From: Gnetum montanum
Taxonomy: Eukaryota > Plantae > Gnetophyta
Length of the DNA: 64,000 nt
Reading direction: 5' to 3'
Assembly: GCA_015680685.1 (NCBI GenBank)
Contig: MNCI01000556.1
Span: forward strand, 1,127,931 to 1,191,930
Shown: positions 48,730 through 63,000 of the stretch, piece after piece
Numbering within the stretch: position 1 is the stretch's first letter
Layout of the letters: each line of letters starts with the position of its first letter
Program-made: the position numbers and the translations under genes
Notes under the pieces: generated by a model
The model's input: the letters and a program-made list of their open reading frames with translations, nothing else
What the model was told of the DNA's origin: nothing
Database searches by the model: none

Positions 48730-49429
48730 GTGATCAGAGTGAATCATTGCTGCTGCTTCACGTCTTCTTCGATGTCAAGAGTTTTGGTAATGGAATGTCT
48801 GTCTCATTCTACTGTGATTCCATTTCTGACTCCAACAAAGGAATACTAACAAACCCACTTGCAGCTGTACGCTACTGCTTCATGGAATTTTAGTTTTATG
48901 AAGTATTAACACACAGCTCGTCTACGTCTGCATTTCTTTCCTTACTTCATCCTTTCTATATAAATAATTTTGGCTTAATTGATGTGCCTCAGCTGTTAAG
49001 AGCCGGCAACAAGTTTTGTCGCAGGCGTATATTCTCCGTTCATACATATGTTTACATTTAACAGGACGGATACATCACGCCTATGATTCGAATTTATTGT
49101 TTGCCCGTCACTTTTGACACAAAATTCACCGAGTCAAGGAAAAGTTTTGATTCTCCTTAATAACAGGGGTTTCCATTACTTAGCTCGTTAATTTTGTTCC
49201 GTTTTACCGTGCATCATATGCACTTTGAGAACCAGCCCTTGTTATCATAAAGCTCACGTGGTCTAATTTCAGGCGACCTTTTCACTTACTACGTTAAAAT
49301 GCTACGGTTACTACATTAAAATGTTACGGTGATTGAGAGGTTTAGAAATTAAATTAACAACGAGATCCTAATTTAGTTGTAAGGATCTTGGCATGGTTAG
49401 TACAGTAAATAAAAAGAATCTATAAAAGA

Positions 49430-52400
49430 AATTTTAGGGGATGTTGGACCCCGAAAAGAAGTTCTATTGATATTAACAGTGTATCAGTTACAGTAATTTG
49501 AACAAGTCATAGGGTTAAGGGGAAGGGGGAAGCTGAGAGCACTATGCAAGAAACTCAGGACCTGCCTTATAAGTAAACAAGTGTTAAGGGAGGAAGCCCA
49601 AATTGGGGCACCACCAAACGACCACCCATGCTGACTCGTTACAAGATAGAAGGACAAAGAATTAGATAAGGAATAGAAAAGCTCTCAATTAAGGATAGAG
49701 AGAGTTCCAATGGTGACTCCTCAAAACAGAAATGGAAAGCCTCCTGGTAGAGATTATTGATGATGAGTGTTACTGGAATGCACAAGTCTTTCCCACTGTT
49801 GCAAGAGATGAACCAACTGATGTTTATCCAGATTGAATTTGGATGCTTGAGATGTGAGTTGGAAATGAATGAGGCGAAAGATCTATAGCTTCTCCAACCC
49901 CGTGAGCAAACATTTATTAGAATAATCAATCCTTTGAAATATAACATTGTATCTTCGCTTCCAAATATAATATAAAATAGTAGGCCTAATAACTTTCCAT
50001 AGAAACTTGAGATTAGCAGAAGTAATGTTTAAAAAGCCGAATATAACATCCTCTTGAATAGCTCATATGAAGGAAAAATTATGGAAGCCCACTTCCACAC
50101 ATGTTGAGCAAAGGGACAAAGTCATCTTGTCCACCACAGAGAGGGCAATTGGGATTGGGAATTCCTAGATATTCTAACCGTTTACCAATAGGTAGACCAT
50201 GGTGGAGGAGACACTAGAGGAACTGTTTAATTTTGGGGAGGGTCAGAAGATTCCAAATATTTTGGAAGATAGGGATCCAAAATGATACTGACTCATGTTT
50301 GTGCCAATGCTTATTGCAACATTGAATGACCTCGGATGGATTGTGCATAAGATGAAAGGGGATAGATGGCCGGTAGGGTAAGAGTTTAACCACATTAAGC
50401 CATTGAATGCCTTGAAAAGGGTTTTGCACTATAACATCAATGTGCCAATGGCCATGAAGAAAGGAGTAAATCTGGACTAGGCAATGGTTCATTGCATTTG
50501 ACTCCCCATACAAATTGCTAAACTCAACCTCCAAAATCCAACGACTAGCCAACCTAAGACAAGTCAAGGAGATGACACCTTTCCGGTACCATGAGGTAGC
50601 CACCTTAGCCATTGTGATGGCAAGGGGAGTGAGGGAAAGAGGTAACCACCATGGACACAATCTAGAGAGGATAGTAGGGTTGATCTTAACATTAGTCCAG
50701 TTGATGTAACTGTGTAGAATTTTCCAGGCCCTCCAGATACTTCTAAAAACATGAGAACCTAGAAGAATGATAGTGAGGGGGGAAAAGATCCAATTGAAAA
50801 AATGGATGCCTTTCCAGAAGGGTTTGTTTTTAGGAAATTCTTGATCAAGCCTTAATTGGAGGAGGGTCCCAATGATGTCTGAGGCATCTAAATGTTGAAC
50901 CAACCACTTAGCAACCAGGGTAATTCCCTGCTTGTAGGAGTTCAAAAGACCTAAGCCACCTTTATTCTTGGGGAGAGTAACAATATTCCAAGCGACTCGA
51001 TGAAATCCTTTATGAGAATCTTTGAAGGACCATATAAAGTCGCGAAATAACCATTCAAGCTTTTGGTAGGTAGCTTTGGAGGGGGCCCAACATGAAGAGT
51101 AATACACATGGATGGATGCACATATGGACTTACAAACAAGGTATTTACCCGCGAGTGTGAGGGGTTTAGTCTTCCATTTATCAAGTTTCTTTTGAATCTG
51201 AAAAATGACCTGCTCCCAAAGAGTAGAGGTTGAACCTCTAAAACGGAAAGGGATTCCCAAAATCTTAACGATCTCTTGATCCTAGAGCTGCTTCCAGTTA
51301 TAGTTGGTCACATGGTTGTAATTGCCCGAAAAGCTATAAATAGAGGATTTATTCCAATTTATAGTGGAGCTTGAGAGTGTACAATATTGCTCCATCCTTG
51401 ATAAGAGGCGGTGCAAATTGGCAGCTGTGTTTTGAACTAGAGAGAAAGAGTCATCGGCGAAGTGCATATTAAGGAGCTGTTGTTGAGAGGAAGATAGGCA
51501 AACCCCAGTGAGAACTTTTTTTTGAATGTCCATGTTAATCTGATGACAAAGAAAGTCTACGACGATGATAAAGAGATAGGGGGCAAGGGGACAACCTTGT
51601 CACACTGACCTATGTATTGGAAAGGGAGAGGTAATATCAGAGGAAGTGGCTATTCTTGTGGTAGCATCTGAAAATAAGCATTTTACCATATGCAGGAACA
51701 TAGGTCCAAAACCAAGTTTGGTCATGGTCTGTAAGATAAAATCCCATTTTATGTTGTCATAAGCCTTGGCATAATCAAGTTTCACTAGGAGAATATCTTG
51801 TTCATCATCCTCAGCCCACTTGAGACCTTCCCATGCTACAACCACATTATCTAAAATATATCTACTAGGAACAAATCCTATTTGTTGGGGAGATATGATC
51901 TGGCCAAGAATTTTTTTTCAGTCATAAGGCTAGGCACTTAGCCCAAATTTTATACACTACATTGAGGAGAGTTATGGGATGTCAATTGGAGATATCAACA
52001 AGATCCCTAGACTTGGGAAGGAGATGAATTACCCCTTGATTTAGATTGGGCCAAGGGAACTAGTTCAGATAGCCTCGTTAATGACCTGTAGAGGATCATT
52101 CCTCACAAAATCCTAATGATTTTGAAAACATTCTATGGGGAAACCATCATAACTAGGAACCTTTCCCCGACTTAACTTGGAATAGGCCACCTGTAGCTCC
52201 ACCAGAGTGATATCAGCATCAAGACTTTGAAGCATAGTGGAGTTGATAAGGCGAGGATAATTGCTGGTGGCAGCCTTGAATGAAGAGATGTCCATTGGGG
52301 TTGCTGCAAAAAGGATTTCATAGTGATTCTTGAGAAAAGAGAGGATACTATTGTGGTCAATAATTGTGGTACCATCGCTAGAGATTTTGTCTATAGAATG

Positions 52401-54530
52401 CGAAGGGGAAGCAGAATTGAGATACTTGAAAAATTATTTAGAGTGTTCATCTTGAATATTTAATGAAGTGAGCCAACGTTTAGTTAGGGCACTTTGTGCT
52501 AGGTACACATCCCAATTTTGAAAGGCTAATCTTGCTCTAACTAGCTCCTCATGAACTAGAGAATTAAAGGGATCTTGAGCTAGTCTATTAGTGAGATGTT
52601 CAATAGTGAGGTGAATTTTGTTGTATTCATGTCTAGCCCGAGTAGCCACTACCTTACCATACGAACAAGCAAAGTTCCACACTCGACATGATGCTCGATG
52701 CCACTAGTTAATCCAACCCACCTGAGTTAGGGGCCTAGGTTCAGCATTCCAAAGGTTGGATAGAAGAATTTGGGTTGGAGGAGAAGAAAATTTTTTTTTG
52801 TGAAGTCAAAAAAGATGGAATTTTCATTAGTGAGGGCTGTCATGAATCTTGATGGAGATGGAGATAGGAATATGGTCTGATAAGGTGGCATGGTGATGAA
52901 CCGTAGTAGTGGAGAAGGCTTGCCAGAAGGAAAGGGTGGAGAAATAGAACCTATCTAACCTACTACAGATATGAGCCTGCCCAAGACAAAGATTGCTCTA
53001 GGTAAGTCTGTGGAGGGGAATGCCCACAGAGGTGTCTACCCCATCAGAAAGGTAGAACCTTTTCTTGAAGGCAGACCAACTTTGAAACTCAAGATTGGGC
53101 ATTTGAAAAAACACCCCTCCGAGCTTATCTTGAGGGAATTCAAAGATATTAAAATCTCCTCCGAAGATCCAAGGCACTGAGAGAAGAGAATTTGCAAGTT
53201 CTTACCAAAGGAGAGCCCGCTCTGTGGAGTCATTTGGGGCATAAATTGAGAAAATACCGAATGGGCCATGCAAGGAAGAGAAGGTGGCCCAGGAAACTCT
53301 ATGCCAAGAGTCGGAACCACTTTGAAGGATTTTAGTTTTCCAGTAGGGAGAAAGGAGAATGGCCGTGCTTCCTTTCCCACTCACATGGGATGTTGCTAGG
53401 ATTAAAGAGTGAGGAAGAAACCAATGGGTAGAAAAGGATAAAATGTCAGCTGACACCTTAATTTCTTGAAGGAGAATAAAATCAAAGGCTATATTAAGAC
53501 TAGAAATAAAGTTTCCTACTTGCTTCCGTCGAAGCCTATCAGTAAGGCCTCGAACATTCCATGAAAGGAGGTTCATGGAGAAACAAGGGGCAGTTTGGAA
53601 GAGAGATCAATGGAAGGTTCAGAAGTTAAAGTATCAACTTCCATTGTTCTTGACAGGAGGGAAAAGGAGTTGTTGGTGGAGACAGGGGCCATGGAAGTGT
53701 TCAGTGGAGAGGAGCTTGAGGGAGGAGTAGAACTGAAGGAAGCTTTGACTCATTTCTTTCAACTGCTCACCACGAACTCATCCACCGAGATTGAGTCCTT
53801 GACTACCTTATAGGGGATGACATGGGTGGAGGTGTGAGTACTTGATTGATGTTTTTATGGCTTGGAGAGGCTAGACTGAGAGTTGGATTCTGGAGCTATT
53901 GAAGGAGAGTTGAATTTAAAGGATACTGAGGGTGGGTGTAATGGTGTAACTGGGGAATGGATTTTCTAAGATGCTATAGGTTGTTTTTTCCTGTCTAGGA
54001 TGGGACACTTTGATATATGATGCTCGGCCCTATGAGAATAGCTGCATGAGTTTGGAAGGTAAAAATAGTCCACTTTTTGGGTGAAGAGTTTTCCACTAGC
54101 AGCAAGGGTTGATGAGGTCTTTCGAAGAGCTATGTCCAATTCAATACAATAACAACGAATTTGAGTTCCATTAATCACCGTACAATGCTCGAAAATAATA
54201 GGACCCACAGTGCTCACAATATCCCTCTCCATAGATGAGAAAATAAGTGGAAGATTGGGCAATTCCATGTAACAAGTAATTATATTAAAAGCTAGGTCGT
54301 TGACATTAAAGTCAAATCTCTAAGCACGTGCTATTAAAGTTACATTTCGTGATGGAAAAATTTTTAAAGAGAGAGCCTTCTCAACCTGAGAGGCATCGGA
54401 TAGTTCTACTAAAATAAAATTTCAAGCATAGTATCGAGCATGAGAAACCTGGATGCCCTAGGGCTAAAGAAAGTTTTGAACTTGAATGTTTATAAAAGAA
54501 ATTTTGAATCATAGAGGCCTCAGTGTAAGT
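49430..54530 (-). mobile_element. L1-clade LINE, near full length, decayed (ORF1, APE endonuclease, RT, C-terminal region)
   Basis: EN MNLLSWNVRGL/LLQEIK/IYAP (53202-53576), SDHIPI ~52870, RT KLDYAKAYD, QGCPLAP, HFADDS, HRVAWNIVTLPKNKGGLGL. ORF1 zinc-knuckle remnant CSYSHRAEHHISKCP. Ends approximate. Confidence 0.9.
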
Positions 54531-54949
54531 AAATCTTTAGGCATTAGTTTAAAAAATACACTTACCATTACTTTGTAAGTAGGGATTGCTCTACGAACTT
54601 TGAGTTTTTTTAAAAATACATAATTTTTAAATATATTTGGTGGTATGTTGAATGATGAAACTCTTGAATAATGTCTTTGCACTTGTGGAAAAATTTATCA
54701 TATCCTTTTGTATGTTTAACTCTATCTAGAATGAAGAAAATGTTATGATTTTTTACATTGAAACATTGTTCAAGTATAGGTTCCCACCAAAAAAAAATTA
54801 TTGGTTGTAACATAATGTCCAATAATTTAGAACAAATTTTTTAGATTTCCTTAATCTTCATCATTTACTTTTAAAAGAATTTGGAGTAACTCTTGCATTG
54901 ATTTTCTTTTATGTTCTTATGATCACATTGAATTTATTAAAGAGTTGAA

Positions 54950-55211
54950 AAGATTTTAACACAAATGTGGACTAATGTACAATGCAAAAGATAATTTTAT
55001 TTACACATTATATCTAATAAACTAGGTGTAGAAGCTCATTATCTCTCAACTAGTATTCCCATCAAATATAGAAATGCTATTAGCAAGCTTCACTTAAGTT
55101 CTTATTATCTTAGAATTGAAAGTGGAAGATGGATTCAACTTTCTTGAAAAGATTGTATTTGTAGGTTGTGTATATGAAGAGCCATTGATAATAAGTTACA
55201 TGTGTTTCTCT
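54950..55211 (+). mobile_element. RTE-X-like LINE ORF2 C-terminal fragment
   Basis: Manual translation RNAISKLHLSSYYLRIESGRW...CICRLC...DNKLHVFL matches the R..SSH.L.IETGR...C..C...E.H pattern. Confidence 0.6.
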
Positions 55212-58200
55212 TGTTATTCATAGTCTCTCATACACAATAGTAATAAATTTTTTAAAATAAAATAAAGAATAATACAAAAATTGGCAAGATAGAGTTACCT
55301 TGGGAAAAATGTTTAAGGTGAAAACCCTAGAAAAAATTAGTTCTTGGATTATTAGCTAGAGCATAGCTTCAAGATTGAAGCACAAAGAAAATAAATGAGA
55401 ACAATAGAGAAGAATTGTAGGAGAAAATTGCAGCTTAGGCATTGGTCATTGTTGTGTTGTATTGTTGTTTCAAAGATGCTTCCCTAGAGATCCTTATGTA
55501 TTGCTTGGGTTAGAAAAATAAACCCAAAATAAAAAGGGATAAGATAGTTTATTTTTGTGGGGATAGGTATAAGACCATATATAACATAGATAAGAATATA
55601 ACAAAGGTAGAAATATCTGAAGAAAATTAAGACAAATTTACTTTCATCCATCTTACAATTTTCTCTCTTGAAGGTAAACTTACTTTAAAGAACAACCTAG
55701 ACCATTTTTAGAAAATTAGGTCTAAAGAAGACCAAATACTAATCAGCACTAGAGAAATTTTTCAATAGGAATTGACTTGGTAAGCACATCTACAGGATTT
55801 TCTTCAGTAAATATTTTATTCAAAAGAATCCTTTGCTTTTTAATTTCCTTAAGTATATAGTGATACTATATTTTGATATGCTTCATTTGGGCATGAAAGG
55901 TTGGATTCTTGGATATGCTTATGGAACTTAATATTAATTAGAGATAGAGTGATGCCAAGTTCACCTATTAGCCTTTGAAGCCATATAGCCTTTCTTCATG
56001 CCAAGTTAGCAGCAACATATTCAGCTTTAGTGGTAGACTAAGAAACATAAGATTGTTTGCATATCCACATATCCAAAGAGGTTAAACACATATCCACTAG
56101 TAGATTTTCTACTATCAATATCATCACCTTAGTTTTCATCAATGAAGCCATGAAGTCTATTGGAATCATTTTTATAACAAATCCCATAATTTGCAGTATC
56201 ACAAAGATATTGGAAGACTCACTTCACCACAGTCTAGTGTTGTTTTTCCATATTAGACATATACTTGCTAAGTTTTCCAACAATATAAGAAATATTAGGT
56301 CTAGTAGAGATCACTAAATATAGTAAAATATTGATAGAAGTAGCATATGAAATTTTAACCATGGGCTCTTTTTCTTCACTTATCTTTAGGTATTGTTCAA
56401 CAAAAATTTTAATATCTGTTTCACAAGGTGTAGTTGCATGCTTACAATCATGCATATTAAATCTTTTAAAAATATTTTCAGCATATGCAAACGCTCCAAG
56501 CCAAAGCCTTTTATCAGTCCTATCCCTTTTAATTTCCATAACCAAAATTTTTTATGTTGCACCAAGATCCTTCATTTCAAATTGAGAAAGCAAATCAAGT
56601 TTTAAATCCTAATATCATTTATGTTATTACCTGCTATCAACATGTCATCGACATACAATAGTAATGATGAGTGGTGAGGTATCCCTACACCCAACCATAT
56701 GAATCACTAAGGTGTTACGAGGGATTCAGTCAAATTTTGTGGACCTATAGTTATCTCATACACTAGTTTCTCTAGGAAGTGAAATGACATTGAAAACATT
56801 CATTATCTTCCCAACTACACTTGTGAGGCTCAAAGGTATGATTTAAGTGTAATTAAGGTATATGAATTTTATCATTTTTATATTTTATGGATGTAATCGC
56901 CTACAACAAGAATAAGGGTAGAGTAGATTGAAAACTAGTGTTTATCGCCTAGATAGCCTAACACAAGTAACTACCCCACTTTCCTAGACACATCTTGAAC
57001 ACATATAGCACTATTGGGATACCAAATGTTAAACGTTGTTGGGTTACCAAGTACTATATAAATGCTTCAAGTGGTCATGTTTGTGTTCATTAATTTCTAA
57101 AAATAAATTACTTAATCAAATGCATTAAAGTAAAGAACAAGAAAGTAGAATGCATTAAAGAAAATAGTAACCTATTCACAGTGCTACAAGGATTGTCAAA
57201 AGAGTTTGTTTTATTCTTGTCACACTGCTACACTCAAGTACATCAATGCTCAAACAAATAATTGTACACACTTTAGACTCCATCTACAGCCACTTAGAAA
57301 ATATTATAACTTTAGGAAAAAGAAATAGCAAGAGCTTTAGTACCTTGCTTGAAAACTAAAGACTAACTAATGAATTTTTTCAAAACGGGAGCCTCAACAT
57401 GGTATTTATAGACTCAGGGTATATACCTCAATGTTAGATATTTGACATCGGATCCAGGCCCCAACATTGTGGTCGACATCAAATGATGATTCATCAAGCA
57501 GAATAACATATTTTTTCCTTATATTTTTAACACACATATATGAGTTTTCTACACTTTTAACAAAGCAAAGATTTATTCTGTGATCATTAAAATTTTTATT
57601 TTAAATCCTTGGTGCTTGTTTGAGTCCATATAGTGATTTTAATAATTGTTACACCATATGCTCTTTTCCTTTAATTTCATATCCTTCTAGTTGAAGCATA
57701 TAGATTTCTTTCTTAATATCACTATTAAGGAATGTTGTTTTATATCCATTTGTTCAAGTTTAAGATCATAAATAGTTATAATAGACAACAATGATCTTAT
57801 GGATGTTAATTTAACTATTGAATAAAAAATTTCATTATAATCAATTCCTTTTTTCTGAGACTATTCTTTAGTGACAAGTCGAGCTTTGAATTGTTTTCTA
57901 GATTTTATCATGTACATGCATTTATTTCCAATGGGTTTCCTACCTGGTGGAAGTTCAACTAATTCTCATGTTTTATTCTTATGAATTGATGATATTTCAG
58001 CATCCATTGCTTATTTTCATTCTATTTTTTGCATGGATAAACATGCCTCATCATATCTTGAAGGCTCATCATTTTTAGTAAACAATACATATTCCTCTAG
58101 ATGTGATGGTAATTTTTTTATATGTCCTGAATGTCTTAATGGCCTATCTTCATTGAAAGTATTTTCCCCCTCTTCATGTTGTTCCTCCATGTCTACCATG

Positions 58201-60087
58201 CTATCACCATCCTGTTTTCTATGGGTAATATCCACAGTTGAGGAACGATGACCCTTAAAAATTTCATTATTAATTTCAAGGAGCATGTACATAGGAGTTA
58301 CGTCATTTGAAGGAGTTTCAGTATTTGAAGATTCCTCCTTCCTATATTCACATTTTCTCTAAAGATAACATCTTAACTATAAATAATCCTTTTAGTTTTT
58401 AGGTTATACAACTTATAAGCTTTAACACCATGTCCATACTAATAAAAATACATTTGATAGATTTAGAGTCTAATTTCGATCTATTAGATTTTAGAACATG
58501 TAGATAGGATTTACAACCAAAAATATTCAAATAATTTAAATTAATATATCTACTACTCAAATCTTCTTCTAGAAATTTTCTGACAAGTGTTGATGAAGGA
58601 GATCTATTGATAAGATAACATGCAGTTATTACTGCTTCATCCTAGAAACACTTATCAAAATTAGATTCAGCAAGCATACATCTAGCATATTCCATCAATG
58701 TTCAATTGAAGTGCTATGCTACTCCATTTTGTTCAGGAGTCCTTGGAATAATCTTTTGTCTTTGAATGCCTTATTCTTTACAAAAAGCATTAAATTCATT
58801 TGAGCAAAACTTATCCCCATTGTTAGTTCTTAGAATTTTGATTTTATTTCCTAAATAATTCTTAACAAGAGTTTAAATTCTATAAATTTTTCAAATACTT
58901 CAAAATTATGTTTTAATAAATAGATCCAACTCTTTATAGAATAATCATCATTAAAAGAAACATAATACATAGCACGTCTAAGAGAACTTATTTTAATATC
59001 TTTAACTGAATCACATACATCACTATGTATTTTTTGAAAACTGTGATGCCTCTATTTACCATGTAGACAATGATGGGAAATCCTGGGAATCTTTTGAAAA
59101 ATTAAATTTCTATTTCTTGTTAGGTTTCTTAAGTTCTTTTTTACCAAGATGTCCCATTCTTTTATGCCACAAATCAATACTTGAATTTAAATCAATAACT
59201 ACAAATGCACTTAATTTCTTCTTTAATGCCTTACCTTCTAATTTATACAACTTTCCTATTTTAATTTCAAAAGCCAAAAGAGATGAACCACTACTGAACA
59301 TTTTTCACCTCCAAAGATAATAGTTAGTCTTGCATCATCCAATTCACTTTTAGACAAAAAATTTTCAGTAAGTGTTGGAATATGAAATACATTGGAAATT
59401 GATTTAACAACTTCATTTTTAAAAATTTTTACCTTTTCATAATCGATAACTTTACATAAATCATTATTATCCAATCTTAACATTCCAAAATTAGATGATG
59501 TATACTCATTGAACCAATTAACATGTGAAGTGTAGTGATAAGATGCACTTGAGTCCACATACCATGAATACATATTTGCATTATCAAAAGATGAGACAAC
59601 ATGTAGATCACCCTCTCAAGCAAGAAATTTTTGATACATTACTCTCTTTATTCTTTTTTAAAGGGGCTTTACAATCTTTCTTTAAATGACCAACTTTACG
59701 ACAATTCTAACATTTAGGTAGCCTCTTTACAAATTTTTGAGGCTTATTCTTAAATTGAGGCCTCTTAACAAACTTTGTCTTTACATAATTTTTGATAAAT
59801 AATACATCATTTTGAGGAGTAGAGGTTTTCCTTCTTACTTCCTCAAATAATAACTGATCAACAATATTATAAAAAATGAAGCTAGTAGATGTATTACTTA
59901 CATCCATTACAAATATCTCCCATGAGTCTAGTAGTGTTCTAAGGAATGTGATGCATTGATCTTCGTCATCCATTTTCATCCCAATATATTGCAATTGATG
60001 AACCAACGTATTGAAGTGTTTTCTAATAGTGGTACCTTTAATCATTTTATATTCATATAATTTATTCTTTAAAAATAACTGATTTTT
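55212..60087 (-). mobile_element. Ty1/Copia element, decayed (gag, PR, INT, RT, RH, 3' LTR ~55212-55657)
   Basis: gag UBN2-like (FLRTLLDSWE), WYVDSSASYH, LWHKRMGHL, HSDVC, FKARLV.K, LYVDDML, PPT AAGAGAGAAAAT then TGTAAG...TAACA. Copia domain order. Confidence 0.9.
56665..57496 (-). mobile_element. Athila-like solo LTR inserted just before the Copia YVDD motif
   Basis: TGATGA...TCATCA termini and degenerate TSD AGTAA/AGCAG. Removing it restores YVILL-LYVDDML. Confidence 0.88.
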
Positions 60088-63000
60088 TGATGAATCATGA
60101 TTCATCAAGTTGCGATATCAGGTACACGACATCAGGTACACGATATCACATCCAGCAGTGATATTAGATATGCAATATCATGGTTCCTGTGTGGGCCTAT
60201 AAATACATATGTAGGCACATGGGGAAGGAGTCTTTTTAGTTAGTTTTAGGAGTCAAGTTTAGAGTAGGATCTTTTTATCATTTTCCTCTTAACCCTCTCT
60301 CTCAGTGCATGCCTGCAGTGTGATGATTGTAATTGTATGGCATCCTTTATTCGAGTGTGATGTACTTGGACACACACATGACCAGAAATAAAGATCAAGA
60401 TTACTTCATTATTGTAGCATTCACTTAGTTTAATAATTTAATTGTTATTGTTATTTATTTCTTTCTTAGTTAACATCTTTGCATCCTAAACTCCTTAAAC
60501 ACGGAATGAGTACGACTTAATCACAAGCATTTAAGTGTGACCACTTAGTAACCTAGTAGCGTACCTAAGATTTGTGCTTGGTAATCCTAGTAGTAGTCAT
60601 GCACAAGGTCCAAGATGTGTATAGATGATTAAGGAACATATGCTCATTGCAGTTAGGCTAGCTTAGACTCCCTCTCCCTATCTCCTCTTAGTATATATCT
60701 CTCTCTCCCTTTTCCTCCTAGCTTATCTAAGATTATTTTCCATTGCCTTCAGGAGTAGCATTAGTTTATAAACCACGTCATACACCTCACTCTAGACTAA
60801 ACCATACATGATAAAGCAAATACTAGTCCAAGTGGGAAGACAACAAACTGCGATCAATGAGTAACTATCAAGATAACATAACTAGCCCATCTGCGGAGTT
60901 TGACCGAATCGTGCGTGAAACACTTGTATTCATATGGTTGAGTGTAGGGGTACCTCACCACTCATCATTGGCACCATTGTCAAGGACAATGCTAGTTATT
61001 TAAATTAGTTACATCATACAAGATCATTGTAACAAAGTATTTACAATACATCTTTTAGGAAAGAAATTAATTTCAATTAAGTCAGATACAAATTCACACA
61101 CCATGTCTCTCTCACAAGACTATGATAATGCAACAACCAATAAGGAAATTCATTGGAGAACCAATAAATTATACAATGATGAAGATGAATTTTGGAGTAT
61201 CCAATATGATATAGGGGTTTCCTATAAACATAAATGAAGATAACATTGTCCCAACTCACGAATGCATAACCTACCCAATGATGATGAACAGATACTAGAC
61301 ACTACAAGCCTAATGCAAATACAAGAGGCTACTCAAATATTGCATAGGCATCATAAGGAAAGCTATCTACCTAGGCTTGACTTAAACATCTTTCCTAAGT
61401 TTTTAGGAGGCTACAATTTAGATCCACAACAACATTTACAAGCCTTCTATGATGCCTGTGTATGGAACAACATCGATATTGGATGGCAAAAACTTAAGCT
61501 CTTTTCTATGAGACTCTTTGACCATGAAAAAGTATGGTATATGTCTTTAAAATAAAAATTAATCTAACATTGGCCAACAATGGTAGATCTCTTCAACGAA
61601 AGATATCAAACTTATGCAAGAGTGTCAACCTTGAGGAGACAAATCCAAGAATGGAAACAAGAGCAACATGAACCCTTGGACATGGCCTTAGAAAGATATT
61701 ATTCACTATTAAACAACTTCCCAGGCCATGAGTTCTCTGAGGAGAGGCTAATGTACCATATCATAGATGGGCTCCATAATGAAATAAAGAGACCCTAGAG
61801 ATGTATGCCCGAGGTCAACTATACGAGCTACGAATCCACCAACTGCAAGAGCTTGTTAAGTGGGTAGCAAAAGAAGAAGGAGAAATGGCTAAGTGGAAGA
61901 ATGTTGAAAAATCTCAATAGGTCCAAAACCTTAATTCAACAAGGGTCGAAGATTATGAAGAGGAGAAACCAACTCACCTCAAGGAGGTGGAATCATCTTT
62001 GCCAATACTACAATCATTGGATGAAATTGAGGCAAAGATCAATGAGATGATGGAATGGATGCATAAAAAATGTGGAGGATATGAAAACATTATTGGAGAT
62101 AGAGTCATGAAGAACCAAGAAGTAGGAAAAAATACCCTTAGAAAATTGGAAAGAATGGTAGTAGAGAATAAGAACTTAACTACCAATCATATGTATCAAT
62201 GCAACATCTTCCTGTATGATCATCCCAAGGGCCAATGTCCAATCTTATCACATTTATAGGAGCATTGGGGAAGAGTGTTAAATCGAGAGTTTGTACAGAG
62301 ATATTATGTTTGATCATAGTGGAAACAATCCCAGTCATGGGGAAGGCCACCCTCAAATTGGTTATAACCTTCATACCATATGAACCTAAGTGCTTATCGA
62401 GTCCAACATCCTGTTTCCCCAACTGGGTCAACATCCTCTATCTCACCACATTATTATCATTCCCCTCAATACTATCAACCCATGTCCTCTCCAACACAAC
62501 CACCACCTTGGACACCTTACACTTCTCCTCAATTTCAAATATCTCATCCTTCACTGCCTTCTACATTACCATCAAGTGTTCTAGAAGGGTTTGCACCACA
62601 ACAACAACCCACAAATATTACTAGTGTGTATGCTAACAACAGAAGTGGAAACTCTCCTCAACATCGAAGATGCCCCTTCTTTAGGCATGACTGTAAGAAG
62701 GGACAACACAATTCTAAGCCCACTGTACCTTCCAACCCAGCATAAGTCCAACACTGTGGTGTAGCTCCCTCCTTGAACCTAATGCCTCATGTTACTTTCT
62801 CTGGGCCATCAACAAATACTCCAAAAACCATATGGCCTAATGAATATAGCCACCAAGGGAGACAGATCAATCATTGCATACCATCTTATAGTCATGGATG
62901 CCATAGTGGGTTAACCACTCATCAATTGACTACATCTTATAAATTACCTCACTATGTTTACTATGATAAAGTGTGTGAATCCCAATGGGTTAAGTATGAT

